A stretch of DNA of 64,000 nt from Myxococcota bacterium (GTDB lineage: Bacteria; Myxococcota_A; UBA9160; SZUA-336): the NCBI GenBank assembly GCA_965247115.1, contig CBDFGR010000003.1, positions 512,001-576,000 of the forward strand. Reading direction: 5' to 3'. Position 1 is the first letter of the stretch; each line of letters starts with the position of its first letter. Of the stretch, positions 27,764 through 37,327 are shown in pieces. The position numbers and the translations under genes are program-made. The notes under the pieces were generated by a model that did not search any database, was not told the DNA's origin, and saw only the letters and a program-made list of their open reading frames with translations.

Positions 27764-28971
27764 ATGACCTTTCGGTCGCGCAGGTCGCTGATCTGCTCCC
27801 ACTTGTAGCCGAGCAGATCCAGCAGGATCTCCTCCGTGTGCTGCCCGAACTCCGGGGCCGGCAGCCGGACCTGACCCGGAGTCTCACTCAGGCGGACGGG
27901 CATCCCCATCACCTTGGTCTTGCCGAATTCCGGGTGCTCGAAGTCGACGATGTAATCGTTCGCCAGGACCTGCGGATCTTCTGGCAGCTCGTCGACGGTG
28001 TTCACCAGCGTAAAGATCAGGTCCCCCGCCTCGTGGAGGATCTTCATCCAGTCCTCCCGGGGTTTTGTGGCGAACACACCATCGAGGATCGCAACTGCGG
28101 CCTCGGCGTTGGCGCCGCGCGCGCGTTGATCGACGAAGCGCTCGTCTGTCTCGAGCTCGGGCCGACCCATCCCCCGACACAGATCACCCCAGTAGCGGTC
28201 GGCCTGGAGCATGGCGAGCGCGATCCATTTGCCGTCCGAGCAGCAGTAGTGGTTCCAAAGTGGATTCGCCGCGCTCTTGCGCGCCGTGCGCCGAAACGAC
28301 TTGCCCAGCATGAGTCGCGACGAGACGCTCAGTCCCTGCAGCATGGCCATGCTTCCCAGGTGAGACGCATCGACCTGCTGACCGACACCCAGGCGCTCAC
28401 GCGCGACCAGCGCCGCCATCACCCCGTACGCCAGCATGATCGCGCCCATCTGATCGGCGACGCCGCCTGCGATGCCGAGTGGCGGCATGTCCGGCTCGCC
28501 AACGGCCTGCATGATCCCCGAGCGGGCCAGGCCGAGCATGTCGAAGGAAGGCTCGCCGCTGTCTGGACCCTCGGGACCGTAGCCGCTCGCGCTGGCGTAG
28601 ATCAGCTTGGCGTTGTGCTCGCGCAGCGTGGCGTAATCGAGACCAAGCCGCTGCGCCACGCCCTTGCGGAAGTTCTGAACGAAGATGTCTGACCTGGCGA
28701 CGAGCTGGTAGACGATCTCCCGCGCATCCTGCTGCTTCAGGTCGAGGGTGATGCTCTTCTTGTTGCGGTTGTTCGCCTCGAAGTAGAAGTTCGGGCGATC
28801 GGAGAGGTCCCTCCCACCCATCTTGAAGATGCTACGGCCCGGATCCCCGGCCTCGCGCTCCTCGATCTTGATGACCTCGGCGCCGAGGTCTCCCAGCATC
28901 ACCGTGGAGACCGGCCCCTGCTGCCAGATCGTCCAGTCGAGCACTCGAATCCCGTCGAGCGGCATGGCCAT
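27760..28971 (-). CDS. Family III CoA-transferase (formyl-CoA transferase/CaiB-like)
   Basis: PLDGIRVLDW, QGP, NRNKKSITLDLK, GVADQMG (catalytic Asp), APEFGQHT; GAGGAGG SD. Confidence 0.92.
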   Translation of the reverse strand: MAMPLDGIRVLDWTIWQQGPVSTVMLGDLGAEVIKIEEREAGDPGRSIFKMGGRDLSDRPNFYFEANNRNKKSITLDLKQQDAREIVYQLVARSDIFVQNFRKGVAQRLGLDYATLREHNAKLIYASASGYGPEGPDSGEPSFDMLGLARSGIMQAVGEPDMPPLGIAGGVADQMGAIMLAYGVMAALVARERLGVGQQVDASHLGSMAMLQGLSVSSRLMLGKSFRRTARKSAANPLWNHYCCSDGKWIALAMLQADRYWGDLCRGMGRPELETDERFVDQRARGANAEAAVAILDGVFATKPREDWMKILHEAGDLIFTLVNTVDELPEDPQVLANDYIVDFEHPEFGKTKVMGMPVRLSETPGQVRLPAPEFGQHTEEILLDLLGYKWEQISDLRDRKVI

Positions 28972-29033
28972 GTGCGGTTCCTCCTCTGCCTGCGCCAATG
29001 TAGGGGGTCGGGAGTGGGCTGAACAAGCCTTCC

Positions 29034-30680
29034 CTATCGCAAGTAGTTGCCTCCGCTGAGACGTCTCGCCTTGGGATCGACCTGGACATGGACGAGGGCC
29101 ACGCCCGGAGCTGCGAGCGCGCGTTCGAGGGCTGGTCGTAGCTCGTCGGGCCGCTCGACCCGCTCCGCGTGACCGTCCACCATCTCCGCCATCTTCTCGT
29201 AACGCGCGGGTAGCAGGCTCGCGATACGCGGCGAGCCTGCGGGAAACATCCCGTCCTGGATCATGTGGCCCGCGATGCCCTGATTGTTGGAGACCACGAA
29301 TACCACGGAGGCTCCGATGCGCGCGACCGTCTCCACCTCCATGGCGGCGGCGCCGAAGGCGTAGTCGCCCAGAACGGCAATCGACGGGCGCTCCGGGGCC
29401 GCGAGCTTCGCGCCAATCGCGTAGGGCACGCCCGTCCCCATGCAGCCCGTCGTGCCCGCGTTGAGACGAGAACGGGCGCCGTAGCTCGGGAGGATCGCCC
29501 GGCAGATGCCCATGATGGTCTCGCCGTCGACGGAGATCGAGGCGTCCCGGCCCACCGTATCGCGCACCTCGCGAACCAGCCGGTAGGGGTTGATGGGGAC
29601 CGAGTCGAGCGCCATGGCCGATGCCAGAGCCTGCTCGTTCTGTTGCCGCTGCAAGCCGAGCTCCTTCAACCAGGAGGTCGCGGCGCAGCGGAGTGTGCGG
29701 CCCTGCAGGGCCTCTCCCAGCTGCTGCGCGGCCACGGCCGCGTCTGCGACCACGCCGAGCTCCACTTCCGCGGAGCTGTACATCTCCTCCGCGTCGACGT
29801 CGATCTGCGCGATGCGAACCCCTTCGGCATAGCGCGGCGCCCGGCCAAAGCCGAAGATCCAGTTGAAGCGACCTCCGATCATGACGATCACGTCGGCGCC
29901 CTTCAGAGCGGCGGATCGAGCGGCGTTCATGAAGTACGGGTTGTCGTCTGGGATCACGCCCCGCCCCATGGGCGACGCCACGTATGGAATCCCCAGGTTC
30001 ACCAGGCGCTCCAGGGCTGCGCCAGCATCCGCCCACGCGCTGCCCTTGCCGAGCATCACCAAGGGCCGCTCAGCGCCGGCCAGCAGCTCCGCGATGCGCT
30101 CGATCGCGTTCGGGTCCGGATGGGGAGCGGTCACCTCGGGCTGAGCCCGTCGGAGCCCGACATCTGCGTCGGAGATGCGGTGTGAGACCACCTGCGCGGG
30201 ATAGTCGAGGTAGACTGCGCCCGGACGACCACTCACGGACCGACCCAGGGCAAGATGAAGCAGCTCGGGGATGCGCTCCGTGCGGTTCACCTGAGCCGTC
30301 CACTTGCAGTGCGGCGCGGCGGCTCCCACTTGATCCGCTTCCTGGAAGCCGCCGAGCCCGACTGTTGCCGAGTGGCTCGATCCACCAAGCACCACGAGCG
30401 GCATGGCGCTGGCCGTCGCCACGTGCATCGACGTCAGCGTATTTGTCATTCCGGGACCCGAGGCCGCGACGACCACGCCCGGCTTGCGCTTGACGTAGCC
30501 CCAGGCGGACGCCATGAACGCGGCGGACTCCTCGTGGCGGCAGCCCACGACTTTCATGCCCTCCTCCACGGCACCCGCGAAGACCTCGATCATCGGCCCG
30601 CCAACGACTCCGAAGATGGTGTCGATCCCAGCAGCCGCTAGCTGCTTGGCGGTGATCTGACCGCCATTGAGTTCCGCCAT
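29034..30680 (-). CDS. ThDP-dependent enzyme, oxalyl-CoA decarboxylase/2-hydroxyacyl-CoA lyase family
   Basis: FGVVG, RHEESA, SGPGMTN, GGFQE, GRPGAVYLD, RLNAGTTGCMGTG, GDYAFG...NN ThDP motif; AGGAGG SD. Confidence 0.88.
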   Translation of the reverse strand: MAELNGGQITAKQLAAAGIDTIFGVVGGPMIEVFAGAVEEGMKVVGCRHEESAAFMASAWGYVKRKPGVVVAASGPGMTNTLTSMHVATASAMPLVVLGGSSHSATVGLGGFQEADQVGAAAPHCKWTAQVNRTERIPELLHLALGRSVSGRPGAVYLDYPAQVVSHRISDADVGLRRAQPEVTAPHPDPNAIERIAELLAGAERPLVMLGKGSAWADAGAALERLVNLGIPYVASPMGRGVIPDDNPYFMNAARSAALKGADVIVMIGGRFNWIFGFGRAPRYAEGVRIAQIDVDAEEMYSSAEVELGVVADAAVAAQQLGEALQGRTLRCAATSWLKELGLQRQQNEQALASAMALDSVPINPYRLVREVRDTVGRDASISVDGETIMGICRAILPSYGARSRLNAGTTGCMGTGVPYAIGAKLAAPERPSIAVLGDYAFGAAAMEVETVARIGASVVFVVSNNQGIAGHMIQDGMFPAGSPRIASLLPARYEKMAEMVDGHAERVERPDELRPALERALAAPGVALVHVQVDPKARRLSGGNYLR

Positions 30681-30699
30681 GTGTACCTCCTGAGCGCTG

Positions 30700-31191
30700 C
30701 TACGCCCGAGCTCGGGGAGCAGTGTATTCGCTGGCGCGCGCGAGAGCTCGACCGGACGCGCACCAGCTCTGGACCGACCGGATCTCGATGGAGAGGAGCG
30801 TCGGCTCTCCCCGAAACAAAGGCGTCTCTCCGTACTGAGGATACTTGTCCCGCAATGTCCGTGCAGCCGCCTCGATCGTGGCCTCCGAGTCGGCGTCCGC
30901 CCGCGTGACCACGCTCGCGTGACCCGCAACGCGGAGCCACCACAGCCGCTTCCAATCCGGCTCGTATGCATCGAGGAGAAGGCTGACGCGCGGGTCGCGA
31001 CGCGCGTTCGAAAGACGAGCCAGCGCCGCGCTGGCCTTCGGCTTGCCGTCGACCGCGGACCAGAGTCGCTTCCCGCAACGTGCGAACACGACGGGCACGA
31101 GCTCGGGCTCACCGTCGGCGCCCAGTGTGGCGAGGCGGGCCACCGGCCAGCAGTCCAACAGGTGTTCCACCGCAGCGGGGGTGAGCTGCAC
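30700..31191 (-). CDS. PPOX-class (split beta-barrel) putative F420-dependent oxidoreductase, TIGR03668-like
   Basis: VARLAT, PELVPVVFA, AVDGKPK, PRVSLLLDAY..DW..LWW, LRDKYPQY. Confidence 0.8.
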   Translation of the reverse strand: MQLTPAAVEHLLDCWPVARLATLGADGEPELVPVVFARCGKRLWSAVDGKPKASAALARLSNARRDPRVSLLLDAYEPDWKRLWWLRVAGHASVVTRADADSEATIEAAARTLRDKYPQYGETPLFRGEPTLLSIEIRSVQSWCASGRALARASEYTAPRARA

Positions 31192-31219
31192 CGGACTACC
31201 TACGCTGCGCAGCCGGGCA

Positions 31220-31615
31220 CTAGTGGACCCCGTGTGGCTGGCTCAGCTCGAAGGAGGGGATCTCGGCCTGAAAGGCGTCGCCATCACGAGTCACCATCTC
31301 GTAGGTGCCGCGCATGGCTCCGAACGGTGTGCGGAGGGGGCAGCCAGAGGTGTACTCGAAGGAGCCTCCCGGCTCGAGGATCGGCTGCTTTCCGACGACC
31401 CCCGGCCCTTCCACCTGCTCGGTACGTCCTTCGGCGTCCGTGATGATCCACTGCCGGCTCTGGAGCTGCACGGTCCGATCGCTCTCGTTGGTGATGCGGA
31501 TGGTGTAGAGGAAGAAGTACTCGCCTCGGAGCGGGTTGGATCGCTCGGAGTAGTAACCGGATTCGACGTGCACACGCACACCGTTGGTGAAGGCTTCTGC
31601 TTCTTCTCCGGGCAA
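31220..31615 (-). CDS. apaG: ApaG protein
   Basis: YTIRITN, QLQSRQWIITD, VEGPGVVGKQP, FEYTSGCPL.TP.G.M.G.Y. Confidence 0.93.
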   Translation of the reverse strand: MPGEEAEAFTNGVRVHVESGYYSERSNPLRGEYFFLYTIRITNESDRTVQLQSRQWIITDAEGRTEQVEGPGVVGKQPILEPGGSFEYTSGCPLRTPFGAMRGTYEMVTRDGDAFQAEIPSFELSQPHGVH

Positions 31616-31646
31616 GCCAGGGCTCCTCCGACTCAGCGAACCGATC

Positions 31647-32852
31647 TTAGCCGACGGACCCTTCGCGTGTCAGTGCGTCCACGACGCCCCGCGACGGGTC
31701 GAGGTGGACCAAGGCGATCGCCAGCGCCAGCAGGCAGAGAAGGCTCGCAACAAGGTACGGTGTCGCTGTCCCGAGCCACGAGTACAGGGTGAGAAAGACA
31801 AGGGGACCGGCGACGCGCGACAGGGATTGGGCGCTGTTGTTGAGGCCCATGGCCTCTCCCTGCACGCCTTCGGCCATGCGGCTCAGCTGCGCGGTGAAGG
31901 TCGGCGCAAGCATCGAGAAGCCGACGGCCAGCACAAAGCCACCAGCGGCGAGGCTGGCCCAGCCCTGCGCGACAGCGATTCCGACGAGGCCGACCGTCAT
32001 CACGCCAGCTCCCACGAGGAGCAGCTTGTAATCCGTGTAGTGACGCGAGAGCCGAGGGATCAGCGCGCCCTGCACCACGACCGCAACCATTCCCATCGAG
32101 AAGATCAGGAGGCCTACACTGTAGGGGGTACCTCCCAGACGGTCGGCCACGAGGAACCCGAGCGTGCTGTCGACGCCGAGACGTCCAGTCGTGGTTAGAA
32201 AGCTGTAGGCCAGAAAAGGCATCAGCCCGACGGCGATGCGTCGCGTCGTGAGCCCGTCCCTGCGCAGCTCGACCCGCCGCTCCGCCGCTGCGCGCTGGAG
32301 CTCTGGGGTGAGACTCTCCGGCAGCACCAGGAGCACGGCAACGGCTGTCGCCAGACCCAGACCCGCGGAGGTGAAGTACGGCAAGCGCAGGTCGACACTT
32401 CCGAGCACCCCACCCAGAAGTGGACCAAAGCTGACCCCGAGTGCAATCGCCGCTCCCAGGAGCCCCATGGCCGGGCTGCGCCCCTCCGGCTCGGTCACGT
32501 CGGCAACGTAGGCAAACAGTGCGGGCATGGCGGCAGCCGAGAACAGGCCGCCAAGGAGTCGGGCACCCAGCAGCTCGGCAAAGCTGCGTCCCAGCCCGAA
32601 CAGGAGAAAGCTCAGGGCAAAGCCCAGCAGCCCGATCAGGATGGCGAGCTTGCGGCCGCGGCGCTCGGAGAAGCGTCCCCACGCCGGGCTCAGCAACACG
32701 CCGACCGCGGGATACGCGCTCATCAGCAGACCCGCCTCGACGTCGGAGAGCGCGAGCGAGCGGGTGAAGTACGGGAGCACGGGGAACAGGACGCCGAGGC
32801 CCAGCATCAGCAGAAAGGCCGTGGCCGCGATCAGCAGCAGAGGGCGTGGCAT
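31647..32852 (-). CDS. MFS transporter (TetA/DHA1-like)
   Basis: About 12 hydrophobic segments, WGRFSERRGRK motif A, AYVADVT, GPLLGG. Confidence 0.9.
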   Translation of the reverse strand: MPRPLLLIAATAFLLMLGLGVLFPVLPYFTRSLALSDVEAGLLMSAYPAVGVLLSPAWGRFSERRGRKLAILIGLLGFALSFLLFGLGRSFAELLGARLLGGLFSAAAMPALFAYVADVTEPEGRSPAMGLLGAAIALGVSFGPLLGGVLGSVDLRLPYFTSAGLGLATAVAVLLVLPESLTPELQRAAAERRVELRRDGLTTRRIAVGLMPFLAYSFLTTTGRLGVDSTLGFLVADRLGGTPYSVGLLIFSMGMVAVVVQGALIPRLSRHYTDYKLLLVGAGVMTVGLVGIAVAQGWASLAAGGFVLAVGFSMLAPTFTAQLSRMAEGVQGEAMGLNNSAQSLSRVAGPLVFLTLYSWLGTATPYLVASLLCLLALAIALVHLDPSRGVVDALTREGSVG

Positions 32853-32909
32853 CAGAGCGCGAGGTGTACCGGAGATCGGTCGGCGGGACCAGTAGGGTAG
32901 ACTTCAGCC

Positions 32910-34712
32910 ATGAGCTTCACCACACGTCCCACACTTCAGGGCTACGGAGGCGCCGTCAGCGCCGGACACTACCTTGCGACCCAGAGCGGCGCGCAGATAC
33001 TCGCAGACGGCGGAAACGCCGCGGACGCCGCCTGCGCCATGGGCCTCGCTCTGCAGGTGCTCGAGCCTCACATGAACGGGCCTGCCGGTGAGGTCCCGAT
33101 CCTGATCTACGAGGCCGCCCAGGACAGGACCTTCGCAATCTCGGGACAGGGAACGGCGCCAGCTGCCGCGACGATCGAGCAGATGAGGAGCCTGGGCCTC
33201 GACCGCATCCCCGGCGATGGCCTGCTGCCCGCAACGGTGCCGGCGGCGCTCGACGCCTGGTGCCAGCTCCTGGAGCGCTTCGGCAGCCTGCGCTTCTGTG
33301 ACGTGGCGGCTCCGGCGCGGAAGCTCGCGGGGGACGGCTTCCCCATGTATCCCTTCCTGCAGGGCGTCCTCGGCATGCTCGAGCCGCGCTTCCGGGAGCA
33401 GTGGCCGACAAGCGCCGAGCTCTACCTGCCGGTAAAGCAGCTCGGCGAGCGTCAGACGAACCCGGCCTTGGCAACGCTGCTGGACGAGCTGATCGCTGCG
33501 GAGGGCACCGCCGGGAGTCGCGAGGCAGGCATCCGGGCCGCGCGCAACGCGTTCTATCGCGGCCGAGCGGCGGCGCAGATCGAGAAGTTCCTGGCCACTC
33601 CGGTTCGAGACGTGAGTGGGAGAGCGCATTCGGGTCTGCTCAGCGCCGACGATCTGGCTCGATACGCGGGTCGGATCGACGAGCCCATCGCGGCGTCGTA
33701 CCGTGGCTGCGAGGTCTGGAAGTGCCCGCCGTGGACCCAGGGGCCGGTCTTCCTGCAGCAGCTCGCCCTGCTCGAGGGCTTCGATCTCGCTGCCATGGGT
33801 CACAACAGCACGGACGCGCTGCACACATTGCTGGAGTCCGCCAAGCTCGCATTCGCGGATCGAGACGCGTGCTACGGCGACCCCCTGTTCGCGGACGTTC
33901 CGCTCGAGGAGCTGCTGTCTCGGGGCTACACGGAGGCGCGACGTGCCCAGATCGATCCGCAGCGCGCGTCGCTAGAGCTGCGGCCAGGACTCGGCAAGCT
34001 TCCCGAGGGCTGGCCGCTCGTGGCAGAGGATCACGCGCCGTCTCGCGCGCCACTGGGGCTGTCTCTCGAGCCACAGGCGATGGCAGTGGAGCAGGAACGC
34101 TCGAAGGTTGCCTCGGGTCGAGCGGACACGACGCACCTCGACGCCGCCGACCGCTGGGGCAATCTGGTGAGCGCGACTCCCAGCGGCGGATGGATCTCCT
34201 CTTCGCCCGTGATCCCCGAGCTCGGATTCCCGGTCGGGACGCGCGGACAGATGTTCAGTCTGGATCCGACCCATCCGAACTCGCTCGCTCCGGGCAAGCG
34301 CCCGCGCGCGACGCTGACACCTTCGCTGGCCCGGCTACGCGACGGTCGCCGCGTCGCCTTCGGAACCCCCGGCGGGGACAGTCAGGATCAGTGGACGCTT
34401 CAGTTCTTCCTCAACACGGTTGACTACGGCATGCGGGACCTGCAGGCCGCCATCGACGCCCCGACCGTGCATACGTGTCACATGATCGATTCGTTCTACC
34501 CTCGGCTCTTCCACCCCGGCCTTTCCCTCGCGGAGGAGCGCATCCCCGGAGAGACGATGCGCGAGCTCGCCGAGCGCGGCCACCGCATGCACCACAGCGG
34601 TCCATGGGACCATGGCCGCGTCCTCGCCGTAGCCCGCCACCCGGACACCGGCCTTTGCGAGGCCGCCGCCTCCCCCCGCAACCGAGTCGCCTACGCCGCC
34701 ACCCTTGCCTGA
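32910..34712 (+). CDS. ggt: Gamma-glutamyltransferase family (Ntn hydrolase)
   Basis: GGNAADAA, ATVPA, KLAFADRD, DTTH nucleophile Thr, PGKRP.ATL, GTPGGD.Q. Confidence 0.9.
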   Translation: MSFTTRPTLQGYGGAVSAGHYLATQSGAQILADGGNAADAACAMGLALQVLEPHMNGPAGEVPILIYEAAQDRTFAISGQGTAPAAATIEQMRSLGLDRIPGDGLLPATVPAALDAWCQLLERFGSLRFCDVAAPARKLAGDGFPMYPFLQGVLGMLEPRFREQWPTSAELYLPVKQLGERQTNPALATLLDELIAAEGTAGSREAGIRAARNAFYRGRAAAQIEKFLATPVRDVSGRAHSGLLSADDLARYAGRIDEPIAASYRGCEVWKCPPWTQGPVFLQQLALLEGFDLAAMGHNSTDALHTLLESAKLAFADRDACYGDPLFADVPLEELLSRGYTEARRAQIDPQRASLELRPGLGKLPEGWPLVAEDHAPSRAPLGLSLEPQAMAVEQERSKVASGRADTTHLDAADRWGNLVSATPSGGWISSSPVIPELGFPVGTRGQMFSLDPTHPNSLAPGKRPRATLTPSLARLRDGRRVAFGTPGGDSQDQWTLQFFLNTVDYGMRDLQAAIDAPTVHTCHMIDSFYPRLFHPGLSLAEERIPGETMRELAERGHRMHHSGPWDHGRVLAVARHPDTGLCEAAASPRNRVAYAATLA

Positions 34713-34813
34713 TCAAGGCGCCGTCGAGCCAGAGGCCATTCACGGGGCGTGAAGTCCCTCAGCCCGAGGATTGTCCAGCTCTCATCGTCAGCATCCTGAG
34801 ACGGAAAGACCGC

Positions 34814-35503
34814 CTATGGCGAGGCACGCGCCCTTCCAGGCACATCCAGCGGATCGAGCAACCCGAGGCGGCGCCAACCCTGCCTGAGAAGCCAGCTGTG
34901 CGCGGCAGCGACCGGAACCTCGTCCCCACTCTCACGCCGCGTTGTTCCTCTTCTCCAGCCGTCAAACCGGCGGCCCGAGGAGGCGGGATCCAGCTCCCTC
35001 AGCCCTTTGCGCCGATGCCGGGCCGCGTTGAGCAGCACGTACCGTATCGCATTCCGGACCTCGCCCGGCGTCTTCAACACCCGCATGTGGTAGCGATCCG
35101 CCAGCAGCCCGCCACGCCACCCAAACGCACGCCGCCTCGCCCAGACCATCCTCCTGCCGAGAGACTTCATCCCCCGACCGAGCGCGTATTGATCCTTCGC
35201 CTCGACGATGAGGTGCGCGTGATCCCGCAAGAGCGCGTAGTGCACCAGCCGAAACTCCCCCCGGTCGCACCCTCGCGCTAGCGTCTCCTCAAACGCCCGC
35301 ACAAAGGCCGGAGCCCGCAACGATGGAGCACCATCGCGCACTCGCAGGGTCACGTGACACGGATGCCGCGACGCGAGACTCCGCCGACTTCGGTGACGAA
35401 CCAGCGGATTCGGCCCCGGCTTGCGCCCCGCCCCCTCGCGCCGCCCGCCATGACGCGCCAGAGGCCGAAGATCGAGCGAGAGCTGTCGGTCTGACTTTCT
35501 CAC
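34814..35503 (-). mobile_element. Y1 HUH transposase (IS200/RAYT-like), stand-alone
   Basis: HVTLR, DHAHLIVE (HUH), DRYH, RYVLLN (catalytic Tyr-x3-Asn), N-terminal HGGRREGAGRK; no tnpB. Confidence 0.85.
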
Positions 35504-35521
35504 GTATTCACCAATTAGTGT

Positions 35522-35549
35522 AGATTAGGGCTTTCTATAAATATGTCAA
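35522..35549 (-). promoter_or_regulatory. Putative sigma70 promoter of the Y1 transposase
   Basis: Minus strand TTGACA (35549-35544)-N16-TAATCT (35527-35522) in a conspicuously AT-rich patch. Confidence 0.55.
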
Positions 35550-35805
35550 GAGTACCTGGGTACATAGATAGTTCTCAGCGGGGGAGAGGACGTCATGCCC
35601 CGGAGGGACATCCTCCATGGAAGAGAGTGACCGAGCTCTGCGAGCGCTTTCGAGTCAGCCGATGCCCTGGGCGAAGACGATAGCTGTGACGCCCGATGTT
35701 CGTCGGCTCTGCGCTTGCTCAGAAGGCGGTCGAGATTCACTCCTAGCCAAAGTGTCGACCATGTACCGGGTTAACTTGGTCAGCCCGGTCGCGGCTGTAT
35801 AGGGG

Positions 35806-35830
35806 GAGGAACCGCGTACATAGGTTCCTC
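35806..35830. terminator. Hairpin at the 3' end of the DUF2779 gene
   Basis: GAGGAACC-N9-GGTTCCTC 8-bp stem abutting the stop codon; no U tract. Confidence 0.3.
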
Positions 35831-37320
35831 TACGCGGATTCTTTGACCAGCGTTTGCAGGGCTTGGTGGATTACCGCGAGGGCTTCGGTGTCGCGGGCGC
35901 AGTAGCGACGGAGAGCGTGGCGGGTGCGTTCCTCTTCAGGCTCGTCGAGCTCGCCTCGGGCGATCTGTTCGAGGGCCCTGGCCGCGGCCGCGCCGTCGGA
36001 GACGGGGCCGAGGTCGGCGTAGGTGAAGCCTGGGGATAGTGCAGCGACTACACGCTTGAGCGACAGGGAGCCGCGGAAGTCGACGTGGTAGACGCCGGAT
36101 CTGACGATGGCCTGGAGGTCGACGAGGCGAGTGCGGACTCGCTTCAGGGCGGGGGCCAGGTCCGGGAGCGCCGTGGCCAGGTCCGCGAGCACGCGGCTCT
36201 CGAAGGGGGAGTAGACGAGGATCGGCGTGCGGGCATCGGCCAGCGCAGCGATCAGGGACCGCGCGAACTCGTGGCGGGGGTCGCTCTTTCCGGCGGCAAG
36301 GAAGTCCACGTGATCGATCTCGCCGGCCGCGGCCCGGCGATGGAGCGACCAGCTGAAAGGGATGACCTGGAAGGGCCGAGTGTGGGGAAAGATCGGGACC
36401 GCCGGTGCGATGGCCTCGAAGTCCAGGTAGGCGGAAGGTGGACCGAGGTCGCCGAGCTCGCCCGGCAGCTCTGTCGAGCGCGCGAGCTGACCGTCGAGAT
36501 GCGCGCTGCGTGCGCGGGACTGAGCTTCCGAGAGCGGGAAGCTGGCGGGAATCTCGGTGATGCACTCGATCCCGACCTCGCGCAGCGCGTGGAAGTCACT
36601 CCTGCGGAGGCCCGGGAGCAAGTCGATCCAGTCGGCGGGGTGCCGTTTCAGACACGCAGAGCGGAACTCGCACGACCACGGGCGACGGCAGTGCGGCGAG
36701 GGCTCCGCCGCAGGTAGCTCGCTCGCCTCCAGGACGCGAGTGAGGTGCTGGACCTGGTCCGCGACGTCGTCGAGGAGAAACTCCACCTCCTCGGTCACGT
36801 CGCGCCGGGAGAAGAAGCCCTGCCAGTCGATCGACCCGGACTCGCGCACGAACGACTCGTCGACGTGAATGACTTCGACTGCGGCAACCGCGAGACCGTT
36901 CGCTCGCGTAGCGAACAGCGCGAGGGCGGTCTCGTCGAGGTCGTCCTCGCGTACGCTCCCACTCTCCTTCACGGTGCAGAGCTTCCAGCTCCGCGAGATC
37001 GAGCGCTCGAGGATGTCGACACGGACCTGTACGAACTCGTGAGAGAAAGCGGCCTCGAAGATCGCGGGTACGGCGGCGTCCGCCAGGAGCGAGCGGGTAC
37101 GAAGGACTGCTTCCTTGTGAGCGCCGTCCGTCACGGCGCGGCCGCCGGGAAAGAGTCGGCGCGCGAGCCGTGCAGCTTCCCGATTTCTCGCAAGGATCTC
37201 CTCCATGCTCGGAGAGCCTGGCTGTGCGCTCGAGGTTGCGCGCGTCCCGAGCCAGAGCCTGCGCTCGCACTGCAAGCCCGCCAGGTAGCCCGCTCGGCTC
37301 AGGAACAGAGGGGCGGACAT
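35830..37320 (-). CDS. DUF2779-type protein (Cas4/RecB-like N domain plus RNase H-like domain)
   Basis: GLQCERRLWL, IFEAAF, RVDIL, HCRRPWSCEF..C, YLDFE, RPFQVIPF, SLSLKRV, YCARDT. Confidence 0.8.
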   Translation of the reverse strand: MSAPLFLSRAGYLAGLQCERRLWLGTRATSSAQPGSPSMEEILARNREAARLARRLFPGGRAVTDGAHKEAVLRTRSLLADAAVPAIFEAAFSHEFVQVRVDILERSISRSWKLCTVKESGSVREDDLDETALALFATRANGLAVAAVEVIHVDESFVRESGSIDWQGFFSRRDVTEEVEFLLDDVADQVQHLTRVLEASELPAAEPSPHCRRPWSCEFRSACLKRHPADWIDLLPGLRRSDFHALREVGIECITEIPASFPLSEAQSRARSAHLDGQLARSTELPGELGDLGPPSAYLDFEAIAPAVPIFPHTRPFQVIPFSWSLHRRAAAGEIDHVDFLAAGKSDPRHEFARSLIAALADARTPILVYSPFESRVLADLATALPDLAPALKRVRTRLVDLQAIVRSGVYHVDFRGSLSLKRVVAALSPGFTYADLGPVSDGAAAARALEQIARGELDEPEEERTRHALRRYCARDTEALAVIHQALQTLVKESA

Positions 37321-37327
37321 ACTGCGC

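Noticed and set aside
28972..30036. 758-aa ORF suggesting a fused CoA-transferase; likewise the 653-aa ORF 43339..45300
   Set aside because: Extensions overlap other real genes in another frame and are Arg/Gly-rich; clear internal starts exist at 28971 and 44004
35617..35802. 61-aa ORF between the transposase and DUF2779
   Set aside because: No recognisable motif or coding-like composition; cannot be supported
35830..37320. Cas4 of a CRISPR system
   Set aside because: Larger DUF2779 architecture, and no cas1/cas2 or array in the window
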